Origin: Haliotis rubra
Taxonomy: Eukaryota
DNA length: 64,000 nt
Direction: 5' to 3'
NCBI RefSeq assembly: GCF_003918875.1
Contig: NW_025765438.1
Location: 1-64,000, forward strand
The notes below the pieces were generated by a model, which saw only the letters and a program-made list of their open reading frames with translations, was not told where the DNA came from and did no database searches. A program made the position numbers and the translations under genes. Of the stretch, positions 25,651-37,177 are shown one piece after another (the stretch's first letter is position 1; every line of letters starts with the position of its first letter).

Positions 25651-27503
25651 TACAATAATGAAGAAGTTGTCATCCATAATATTTGCATTTTACTTGAACA
25701 CCAACTTCTAAAAAGAACCTTACCTTACTTTTGTGTAGGTAAAATTGGTCTCGTCACATTGGCGACGTTATATTTTCCGTGTTTGTGTATATAGTAATTA
25801 CCTGTATTGGTCCTCCTTGTTCTTCCACATAAATACCACAATAACAGTCCCGACCAATATGCATAGGGTAAGAAAAGATGATTTAGTCCGACTCATTGTA
25901 AAGTTGGGTATTGCCCGACTATCAACACTGACGTGTTGTCCGTGACTAAAAAACCCTTATCCACACGCATGTAAGAATGCCCATCTCTGATTGGTTCACG
26001 TGACCTTGAACAAAAGACCATGTATGCCTGGTACACCGCCCAGGCTTGGTATAATTGTTTACGAGGGACAATACGACAGTCACTGAACTGTAAAATGTGG
26101 TTCGGATCGATTAGTCAGTTAAATACTCGTAAGATATATGAATCAATTTCAGTTTCTTATGAGGTTATATTTACTTCATGATATATTTAAACACCGTATA
26201 CCCCCCATTACAGTACTGCAACTTACACCGTCTCTACCTATCGAAGGTCAGCTTTATTGTTCGAAAGTCAGGCTTGTGTATCAGGTAAAATGAACGGACG
26301 TTGCCAAGGCGTGCATGTCTCGCTTTATAGGGTTAAGCTACTAGTGTTACCTGGAACCAACATGGCCGGTATGAAGTTGGGAGTGGCTAACGGGAGGGGA
26401 AATACAATCGGGGTAGGGTTGAGTCAAGGTTAGGGTGAGTCAGTTGGTTTTTTCGTTAAGTGTAGAGGGGTGGTAAACAGGCGTTGGGTCGGGGAGAGAG
26501 TTCATGTAGAAGGCCTGGGTTAGAGGTACATTGTTTTTGGGGAGGGGGTGAGTTGAGTACATGTACATGGGGGGCAGTCAGGATCGTGATTGGGGTGGGG
26601 GTGAGTGGAGCTCAGCTGTAGTGAAGGTGTAGAATATGGGGTTTATATCACAGTCCCTCTACATTATTGCCCCTTCGGTCTGACATTTTCTCCAAAGCGA
26701 AAGCCTAAATGGAAGTTAGAGTGAGTGAGTTTAGTTTTACGCCGCACTCATCATTATTCCAGCTATATGGATATGATCAAGTTAGATTTTCCCCAGGTTC
26801 TAAAGGGTGTTGTTGGTGGGAGTTGGTGGGGTGGGGTAGGGTGTGTGTGGTGGTGGTGGTGTGTGTGTTTTTTTAACTATTTGCGGTAACAATGGAACAA
26901 ATAAAACAGCTGCGAGGCAGATCAATCAGTTTAACCACATATTGACTTAAGCAACCATGTGTTTGTAGCATGGCGGGACGGTAAGCGGTTACCTGGAGTC
27001 ATGATTACATTGCTACAAACATTGACACAGGTCAGTTCAAATATTAGAGAGACAGATTTGTTTCGCATACCTGTGATCTATTGCCATTAATGCCACATAA
27101 TTTTGCTAAATCTCAATACATTCATATTTAATAATATTTAATATATCTTCTCTCAGTTGACCTCTTAAGGCTAATTTACCCTTCATTTACAGTATAGATT
27201 GTCGTTGTGTTGGGTACCTTCAAATCTAAAGTATTTCATTCTAACATCTTTATACAATGAACATATTAGTAACAACGTCGTTGTGTTCGTTGTCTGTGTA
27301 ATGTTTGAAATATGGACAGATCGAACTGAAAATATCATTACCGTTGAGGTGTTTTGTTTTATTTGTTGTTTTAACGCAACAATCAGCAATATTCCAGCAA
27401 TATGGCGACTGTAAATAATCGAAGCCGGACCAGACATTCCAGTGATCAGCATCATGAGTATCGATCTACGCAGTTGGGATACGATGACATAGCTAGTGGC
27501 CAG

Positions 27504-27769
27504 GGCCCCGTTCCTCAAAGCAATCGTAGCGCTACGACAGTCGTAAGTCTATGTTAAAGTATGGGAGTTACGATCATCTTAGCGCTACGACAGACGTAAG
27601 TCTATGTTAAAGTATGGTAGTTACGATCATCTTAGCGCTACGACAGACGTAAGTCTATGTTAAAGTATGGTAGTTACGATCATCTTAGCGCTACGACAGT
27701 CGTAAGTCTATGTTAAAGTATGGGAGTTACGACTGTCGTAGCGCTACGATCGCTTTGAGGAACGGGGCC
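27504..27769. mobile_element. MITE (PIF/Harbinger-like, CWG flanks) with internal 53-bp tandem repeat x4, inserted in a family B retroposon
   Basis: TIR ggccccgttcctcaaagc.atcgtagcgctacgacagtc at both ends; gctacgacag at 27531, 27584, 27637, 27690. Confidence 0.82.
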
Positions 27770-27984
27770 CTGGGTTGCTCACTTGGTTACTTGGTTACTA
27801 AGTCAGCAATCCTGAACAATAGATACCGTTAGTAGCTTCTTACGACATGCATGAGATTTTTTTTTAAGCTGCAAGTTACGCCAAACGTTCAAAATGACAA
27901 GAAAATACATTACTTCAATATTGTATGCACTGTGTTAAATCTATACCAAGTGCGTCGATATGGTAGAATGACGTAACCAATACT

Positions 27985-28150
27985 GAGGTCACCAAGACTG
28001 AACGATCCGGTAAGCTCCATCGTAAAATGTAGAGTGTCACCCCAATGAAAGTAGTGAGGTCACCAAGACTGAGGTCACCAAGACTGAACGATCCGGTAAG
28101 CTCCATTGTAAAATGTAGTGTGTAACCCCAATGAAAGTAGTGAGGTCAAC
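27985..28150. repeat. Local tandem duplication (~85 bp)
   Basis: gaggtcaccaagactgaacgatccggtaagctccat occurs twice. Confidence 0.8.
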
Positions 28151-29105
28151 AGATATAGATCATGTGCTAGATTCGTTTCATCGACCGAGATAGATTGTAA
28201 TGTAAGCAGGGAGATTGCAGAGGTTGTAAAGTAAGCCAGATGGCCCGTTCCGTTCATTTGTCCCCAAGCATCGGGTAAATCTATCTTCTGCCGGGTTGCT
28301 ATGAGTCTGAATGCGTTGATTATATAAGCAGCCCTTGGGTGAGAATACTCTACAAAAGCTCACAAAAGGCATAATGTTTTGTTGAGATCGGTCCATTTTC
28401 GTTTCTGTCTGAAGAATTAAGAGACACCTCTGCGGGAATCACTAAAAAAACCTGAATGAAACCGTTACAGTGGCCCCAAAAATCTTTATTCTGTTCGATT
28501 TCACGAACAGAGTTAGTTTTATTTATTTTCCTTTTAAGTTACCTACATCCATTGAAAAAAACACACTGAAAGGGTGTGCCGCCACCAGGAATAGAACTGA
28601 AGGCTAACAAATGTAGTCTGGTCCAATATGGCCACATGGAAGAAACTTTAGGAAATAAACAACACTAATATGAAAATGTTTATGCGTTTATAAATAATGC
28701 AATACATGCATGTAATACGTTATTCTGTGAAGTGTACGTACTTTCCATAATGGTGATCGGGTAGTTATAATTGGTGACGCGGTTGACGAAGTTTACTTCG
28801 TGCTAAAGTTGTTGCATCAAAAATATATCATTCAAAGTTATAGGAAAGCTTTCAGGATGTTTTTCAACAGTGACGATAGTTCCGCATTTAACCCATCAGT
28901 TTCCAATACTCAAAATAATGCCCCATTTGTACAATATGTTTCCGATAAGGTTCATAAACGATTTCTTATAACAAAATCGAAATCGAGCAAATCGCTCTTC
29001 TTTCAGCAGACATTTCAAAACATTATGGAAAGGGATATGTCGCTATTCTTCTAATGTCACCTGAAAATACCCATATACTCAATGCATCTAAGCATTAAAA
29101 AGATT

Positions 29106-29270
29106 TGGGGTTGGGTAGCGTAGTGGTTAAAGCGTTCGCTCGTCACGCCAAATACCCGGGTTCGATTCCATGGGTACAATGTATGAAGCCCAGTTGTGGT
29201 GTCCCCCGCCGCGATATTGCTGGAATATTTCTGAAAGCGGCGTAAAACTAAACCCACTCATTCACTCACT
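29106..29270 (+). mobile_element. tRNA-derived SINE (family A)
   Basis: A/B boxes and family tail. Confidence 0.85.
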
Positions 29271-29392
29271 ATTAACCAGATTGCTAGTGGGGAAAGAGAT
29301 ATACGTATTGCTTGTCGTTGGTGTCGTGTATGATTGGGATGATCACAATGCCACTTATGGTGTCCCTGTCAGTGCATGATGGAACTCAGTAC

Positions 29393-32252
29393 TCAGTCCT
29401 CCGATAGCAGAGCGCCACCGAAATATGATGAACTTGGGTAGATATCACGTGAGAAGGCCATCTGCACCCACGTTTCCTCCCCCTTGTCCAGATGAGTTAC
29501 CGTAATGGCAGAAGCATCAGTTTCATCAATGCTCGAGTCCGTCTCCGTGTAGCCGTTGGCCATGATCACTCCTCCTGACTTGATGATGTCGAAGGACATG
29601 TTAGTGTTTGCATGCGTCAGTGCCAGATGTGTCCAGAAGACGTAGGTTCCAGAGACTGGAGCAGTGAACGTTCCCGTGCTGGTGCTGTAGCCAGAGCCTT
29701 CGTTGTAGAGGATGGTGCTGAATATCAATGGCGTGTTTTCGGATGATGGACTTGAAGGGTAGTTCACATTGAATGCCACATTTCTGGTCTTTACTTCTGT
29801 AGATTAACGCAAAAAACCCAACAACAATTAGATCACAAAATAAGTAGATTACCATTCAGCAAGTGGAATGTATCAGTGTAGTTTATAAATATCAAGACAT
29901 TTCTTTACCCCGGACGTATGAAAATGTTATAAAAACTTACAGTCAAGACAGTCAGTTCGGCAAATTGTTCAAAAGCATTGGATTGGAATTGAACATTTAA
30001 AATGCTTACACTGACTGACTGAGTTTGGTTTTACGCCGCTTTTAGCAATATTCCAGCAACATCACGGCGGGGAACACCAGAAATGGGCTTCCGCATTGTA
30101 CCCTTGTGGGGATTCGAACCCGGGTCTTCGGCGTGACGAGCGAACGCTTTAACCACTTGGCTACCCCACCGCCCCTAAAATGCTTACACTGACTGACTGA
30201 GTTTGGTTTTACGCCGCTTTTAGCAATATTCCAGCAACATCACGGCGGGGGACACCAGAAATGGGCTTCACACATTGTACCCATGTGGGGATTCGAACCC
30301 GGGTCTTCGGCGTGACGAGCCAACGCTTTAACCACTAGGCTACCCAACCGCCCCTAAAATGCTTACAAGACCAACCAGTTAACCATGAAACCAGAAAGTA
30401 ACCTTCATTTTTCTTTTTAAGAAGGGATACAATATGTCATACTCTATGACCTTATAGCCAATAAGGGTTGACATAATTAAGGAAACAGAAATAATGTTCT
30501 TTCTCATAACAGAATATGGTCATAAATATATTCCTGAGAGCATGATCATTATGCGTACGGCACATCGTGTGTTCGGTAACACTTCTGAAGCTAAAATGTC
30601 GACTAAATTACCCCTTCTGAAGTATGCTAACAGGACACAAAACAGATAAACGTACGATCATCAATGGAACACTATGTTTTCCGTAATATTATGGGAACAT
30701 TGTCAATCTTATGCACATCTACTTGCCTTTGAACAGAATCTATCTGGTATTGTTAACCGAAATTGAGGCATGCAATTGTAAGCCCTTCCCTGATATGGGG
30801 TGATCTTCTCCAAGACATTCATCAACGTTTAGTGACCTCGGTGAGGCGGGCCTGCATACATGCACAAGGTAGACACACGCTACTCTAGATGGGACTTGCT
30901 TGTGAACACCCTGTTGTGTTGCGGCCCATTTGCATATGCCAAATGCACTTTTATTATGGACTATTGATCGATACCGTACATTGAAATATTTGTCTTTTCA
31001 TGTAATAACATTTCATTTTCGTCACTAAACGTTTTTCACCAATTCTGGTTGTTGTTTGTGTGTCACAATACCTTTTTGACTTCGGTTATAAAAAATCGTT
31101 TAAGAGTAGTAATTAGAAACGAGCACTGACCATCCACTGAATCTAAGATGGTAGATTATGAATGGTTCCAGTTTAGATATCCTATTGAAGAAGATCTGCC
31201 TAGCTATTCTCGAAACGTTCGTATCCCTACGAACTTTTTAAGCCCATTATTAACACATTGGCTACGATTAGAGATAATAATTTCTAGGGCTACCCTCCTG
31301 GTAATGTAAATGGATGCACACGCGTTTTTACCGAATTTATCCTGAACAAGAGCTCACCTTGTAAAACCTTCAATAGTGATAGTTTGTTTTCCATGGACTG
31401 CTTCTCAACCACAGATAAGTTGTTTTTCAAAGTTAAAACATCGAAGATGGCCAGACTGAGGTTACTCTGTGCTAAGTGAAGATCCCTCCAGATTGAATGT
31501 ATATCCAGCCTGACAAGGGACATGTTGGAATAGGATGACTTCATATCGTCCTCAAGCTTATCGATATGTTTAGATGCAGTATGAGCTAGCAATTTGGCGG
31601 CTTGGAGTTTCATGCTTTCTTCCGACTGTTTCTCTGTGAATGTTTGCACCCAGGAAGACATATTTTGATAGAAACCATGTCCTTCTGTCTTTACGTCGTA
31701 CACAGTCGAGTTCACAAGATTTAGTTGTTTGTTTAACTGCTTGACATCAGACATTACCGCTTTTACCTGTGCCGTGTTCAAGTTCACATCGTGACTGATG
31801 GCATCCAGAAGTGTTTGATTATGATGAACACTATCATGCTGATAACCATGTGTCATATCCTCCACTTGTGTCTTGACCATGATGAGTTCATCCGATGTTG
31901 AACGAAGCTCTGCCTTCAGTGATGAAACTTCGTGTTTCAAAGATGATATTTCAGCAGCTGCCAACTGTTGTCGTGTTTCGCTCGACTGTAGTTGTGTTCG
32001 AGTTGTGTGTAAGTCGTTCATGGTAGTCTGAAGCTGTGACTGCGTGGCCTGGAGATCTTTCTTTGTGGCATGCAGTTCAGACTGGACTTGTGAGGTTGTT
32101 GTTTGAAGACTTGTCAAAGTTTGCTCAAGCAGTGACACATGATTCAAAAGACTGGGCATGTCTGCAGAACCATCTGAATTTGTCATTGGCAGGATTAGTC
32201 CCGACAGAGATCCCGCCAGCATCACACACAAAAATACAACCGCCACGTACAT
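29393..32252 (-). CDS. Secreted C1q-domain-containing protein (signal peptide + coiled coil + gC1q), ~432 aa; exons 32252-31358 and 29796-29393
   Basis: Signal peptide MYVAVVFLCVMLAG; heptad-rich coil; phase-1 GT-AG junction; gC1q motifs VAF..F..ILYNEG.GY..TG.FTAPVSG.Y.F..L.KG..TWV..F.G.LL. Confidence 0.92.
30011..30354 (-). mobile_element. Two head-to-tail family A tRNA-SINEs in the C1q intron
   Basis: Copies at 30011-30175 and 30189-30354; taaaatgcttaca at 29998, 30176 and 30355. Confidence 0.93.
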
Positions 32253-33134
32253 TCTACCGTGGACTCGTTATGACTTTAATTGGCATTATTATCAGCATTG
32301 GCAGCTGTCCGTTCACTTATCTTGGATCACGTGATAGGAGCGTCCTGTTGGAGATAACGACAGTCGTTACTTCTATCAATGGCTGTGTTTTGTAATGGTC
32401 AAACGTCGAATATATTATTTGGAAAGTAGTTTGCACAAATGATTGAATCAGAACGTATACAGGACGAACCACATGATTGTGCCATGGATGTGCCACATGC
32501 TTATGTTAGTATGTAATACGACTCTCCACCACGCAGAGTCGCAGCAGATTGTAAAATCGTGGCACCTGCACCTACCACCAAATAATACAACAAGTATATA
32601 GGACGAGCGTTTATACAGTAAAATAGGTTAAACCGGACCATAATTCGGTCATTATACCTGTAGGTCACCATACGCATTACATCATACGCGACTAATTATA
32701 AGAAATGTAATATCTGCCAGGAACCTCAATGTAGTTTGTTATATCCGTCAGTTATAAAGGTGTTTCTTACAAACAACGTTTACTGTTTATGTAAAATATA
32801 TTTTGTTAATTCAATATATACAGGTGCTGCTTGAGTGTGAAACAGAAAGCTCGAACTTTTTCGAGAAATGGTTACAGAACCGTAGAAAAGTGAAATTGGC
32901 ATAATTACACTTTACTGTTAAGATACTATCATGTTTCGGTATTTGTTGCGGTAAATACGCTTCCTGAACCTGTCCCCAGTAAGGTGCTCCAGCTTTGTTT
33001 GCTAGCGGTGAGCTAGATTTGCTTTACACAGACCAAGCGATTATGTTTTTTCATTTTAATGTGATTGCTAAACGTCCAAACTGCAATATTTACAGTTTTA
33101 CCTTCCCATTACAGACATATCTTGAGGTTTCTGT

Positions 33135-34055
33135 AGGGCGTGGTGGGCGAGCTAGCTAAGGCGGCAGGCTAGTGATCCAGCGAGCTTGAGGTGTCCGGAT
33201 CGAGCCCACCTGTGTCCGGGTGTAAAATCCTTGTCAGTTTTGTATGCAGACTCTATCAGTGTTGTGACAACCCCTAGTATAGCTGAAGGGGTCGTTGTCG
33301 GCACAGGTACTACAGATACCCCAGGTACATTTCTGTATACAGACATGTACCCTAAACAAACTACAGAAACGTACCCGGTACCCTAAACGACGGACTAGTC
33401 CATACTCCGCAACCCAAAACCGAAACCGTATGTAGTTATTCCCGTTCAGCTGATTGCGAGTGGTGTACGTTGTGCACCGTGAAATACTCGTTACTGTGTA
33501 TGCTCTTATACAACGCAATCAAATGCATCTAATACAACAACATGACAGTTCCGATCAAGAAATGTAGAATGGAATCGTCCAAGGGTACGTTTCTGTATTC
33601 TGATTTTTCCTAGGGTACATTTCTGTATACAGAAACGTACCTGGGGTACACATCTGTAGTACCCGTGCCGACAACGACCCATTCAGCCCTAGTATACAGT
33701 ACACAACCCTGTGCAGTTAAAAACACGAATCCGTTGGTATATGACCACATGGTGGTCACATGAATACGTGCAAACACCTAGTGGCGGGTACAGAAAATGC
33801 AGTAACCTTGGACAAAGTACTGTCACTATGTGTCCAAGTCCACCTAGATGTCAATGGGTACCTCGCAAGGATAAGAAAGCCGCAATAACTCGGTGCGCTT
33901 AATGGCTGAGAGTTGTATGATCCCCGTGGAGTTGAGATTGATAATACGATGTGCCGTTGAGATTGACATCCAATGATCGAGGGGAAAAATATCAGCGCCT
34001 TGAGCATGTACAAGTGGCGTGGATATGTGCGCTATATAAATATCCTATAATAATC
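33135..34055 (+). mobile_element. Long tRNA-headed SINE (family C) with conserved central domain and L2/CR1-like tail, interrupted by a MITE
   Basis: tRNA-like head; ccttggacaaagtactg..ccacctagatgtcaatgggtacc core; tail cagcgccttgag..gcgctatataaat; related copies at ~44395-44720 (-) and ~55385-55500 (-). Confidence 0.72.
33282..33687. mobile_element. Non-autonomous Mutator-like (MULE) MITE
   Basis: ~75-bp TIRs starting gctgaa..ggtcgttgtcggcac; 9-bp TSD cctagtata (33273-33281, 33688-33696). Confidence 0.88.
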
Positions 34056-37000
34056 TTCCTTCTACTTGGCTATCGTAGATGTTCTAATGGATGCCTATCG
34101 TAGATGATCTTCCTTATACTTGGCATTGCTAATGGATGCCTATCGTAGATGATCTTCCTTATACTTGGTATTGCTAATGGATGCCTATCGTAGATGATCT
34201 TCCTTATACTTGGTATTGCTAATGGATGCCTATCGTAGATGATCTTCCTTATACTTGGTATTGCTAATGGGCGCCTATCGTAGATGATCTTCCTTATACT
34301 TGGTATTGCTAATGGATGCCTATCGTAGATGATCTTCCTTATACTTGGTATTGCTAATGGATGCCTATCGTAGATGATCTTCCTTATACTTGGTATTGCT
34401 AATGGATGCCTATCGTAGATGATGTATTCTAATCCTATCGTAGATGATCTTCCTTATGGTATTGCTAATGGATGCCTATCGTAGATGATCTTCCTTATAC
34501 TTGGTATTGCTAATGGATGCCTATCGTAGATGATCTTCCTTATACTTGGCATTGCTAATGGATGCCTATCGTAGATGATCTTCCTTATACTTGGTATTGC
34601 TAATGGATGCCTATCGTAGATGATCTTCCTTATACTTGGTATTGCTAATGGATGCCTATCGTAGATGATCTTCCTTATACTTGGCATTGCTAATGGGCGC
34701 CTATCGTAGATGATCTTCCTTATACTTGATATTGCTAATGGATGCCTATCGTAGATGATCTTCCTTATACTTGGTATTGCTAATGGATGCCTATCGTAGA
34801 TGATCTTCCTTATACTTGATATTGCTAATGGATGCCTATCGTAGATGATCTTCCTTATACTTGACATTTGCTAATGGATGCCTATCGTAGATGATCTTCA
34901 TTATACTTGGCATTTGCTAATGGATGCCTATCGTAGATGATCTTCCTTATACTTGGTATTGCTAATGGATGCCTATCGTAGATGATCTTCCTTATACTTG
35001 GTATTGCTAATGGATGCCTATCGTAGATGATCTTCCTTATACTTGGTATTGCTAATGGATGCCTATCGTAGATGATCTTCCTTATACTTGGTATTGCTAA
35101 TGGATGCCTATCGTAGATGATCTTCCTTATACTTGATATTGCTAATGGATGCCTATCGTAGATGATCTTCCTTATACTTGGCATTGCTAATGGATGCCTA
35201 TCGTAGATGATCTTCCTTATACTTGGTATTGCTAATGGATGCCTATCGTAGATGATCTTCCTTATACTTGGTATTTGCTAATGGATGCCTATCGTAGATG
35301 ATCTTCCTTATACTTGGCATTGCTAATGGATGCCTATTGTAGATGATCTTCCTTATACTTGGTATTGCTAATGGATGCCTATCGTAGATGATCTTCATTA
35401 TACTTGGTATTGCTAATAGTTGCGCCTATCGTAGATGATCTTCATTCTACTTGACATTTCTAGTAGATGCCTATTGTAGATGATCTTCCTTCTACTTGGT
35501 TTGCTAGTGGATGCCTATTGTAGATGATCTTCATTCTACTTGACATTTCTATCGGATGCCTATCGTAAATGATCTTCATTATACTTGGCATTTGTAATGG
35601 TGCATCGTAGATGATCTTCATTATACTTGGTATTGCTAGTGGATGCCTATCGTAGATGATCTTCATTATACTTGGCATTTCTAATGGATGCCTATCGTAG
35701 ATGATCTTCATTATACTTGACATTTCTAATAGATGCCTATTGTAGATGATCTTCATCCTTATACTTGGCATTTCTAGTTGTGCATGTTGTAGCTGATCTT
35801 CATTCTACTTGACATTTCTAGTGGATGCCTATCGTAGATGATGTTCATTCTACTTGACATTTCTAGTGGATGGCTATTGTAGATGATCTTCATTCTACTG
35901 AGCATTTCTAGTGGATGCCTATCGTAAATGATCTTCATTCTACTTGGGCATTTCTAGGTGTGCATGATGTAGCTGATCTTCATTCTACTTGGCATTTCTA
36001 GTGGATGCCTATTGTAGATGATCTTCATTCTACTTGACATTCTAGTAGATGCCTATTGTAGATGATCTTCATTCTACTTGGCATTTCTATTTGTGCATCT
36101 TGTAGCTGATCTTCATTCTGGTTGGCATTTCTAGTGGGTGCCTATTGTAGATGATCTTCATTCTACTTGGCATTTCTAGTGGATGCCTATTGTAGATGAT
36201 GTTCAGTCTACTTGACATTTTAGTGGATGCCTATCGTAGATGATCTTCATTCTACTTGGCATTTCTAGTGGATGCCTATTGTAGATGATCTTCATTCTAC
36301 TTGGCATTTCTTGTGGATGCCTATCGGACATGATCTTCATTCTACTTGGCATTCCTAGATGTGCATCTTGTAGCTGATCTTCATTCTACTTGGCATTTCT
36401 AGTGTATGCCTATTGTAGATGATCTTCATTCTACTTGACATTTCTAGTGTATGCCTATCGTGAATGATCTTCATTCTACTTGGCATTTCTAGTTATGCCT
36501 ATTGTAGATGATCTTCATTCTACTTGGCATTTCTAGTAGATGCCTATCGTAGATGATCTTCATTCTACTTTGACATTTGTAGTGGATGCCTATCGTAGAT
36601 GATCTTCATTCTACTTGGCATTTCTTGTGGATGGCTATCGTAGCTGATCTTCATTCTACTTGGCATTTCTAGTTGTGCATGTAGTAGCTGATCTTCATTC
36701 TACTTGACATTTCTAGTGGATGTCTATTGTAGATGATCTTCATTCTACTTGACATTTCTATCGGATGCCTAACGTAATTGATCTTCATTCTACTTGACAT
36801 TTGTAGTGGATGCCTATCGTAGATGATCTTCATTCTACTTGGCATTTCTTGTGGATGGCTATCGTAGCTGATCTTCATTCTACTTGGCATTTGTAGTTGT
36901 GCATGATGTAGCTGATCTTCATTCTACTTGGCATTTCTAGTGGATGCCTGTGTAGATGATCTTCATTCTACTTGGCATTTCTAGTAGATGCCTATTGTAG

Positions 37001-37070
37001 ATGATCTTCATTCTACTTGGCATTTCTAGTGGATGCCTATCGTAGATGACCTTTCCTTACTTTGCGTTTC
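34055..37070. repeat. 45-bp satellite array, roughly 65 units
   Basis: Unit tatcgtagatgatcttccttatacttggtattgctaatggatgcc. Confidence 0.97.
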
Positions 37071-37177
37071 AAATGAATGCCTATATTAGTCAGGTAGGTT
37101 CCAAGCTATAACTGAGGTGACAAAATTAATGTTACAACTTGTGACTAACATATAACACTGAATTTCCGGATTTTATA

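Larger units (their letters stand above)
25223..25735. mobile_element. Penelope-like pseudo-LTR remnant with inverted arms, each carrying a minimal hammerhead motif; tRNA-SINE nested in the middle
   Basis: 25230-25305 is the reverse complement of ~25610-25687; insertion absent from paralog A. Confidence 0.7.
18398..25896 (-). pseudogene. NXPE family gene, copy B; exons 25896-25802, 21384-20689, ~19830-19772, 19158-~18398; in-frame stop and frameshift
   Basis: Paralog of copy A; last exon has PC-esterase GDSTSRQ and, after a frameshift near 18470, HIHPD; exon 3 has TAA where copy A has AAA. Confidence 0.82.

Noticed and set aside
34454-36890. ORFs of (PSIRKIIYDRHPLAI)n
   Set aside because: By-product of the 45-bp satellite; frames are broken by indels
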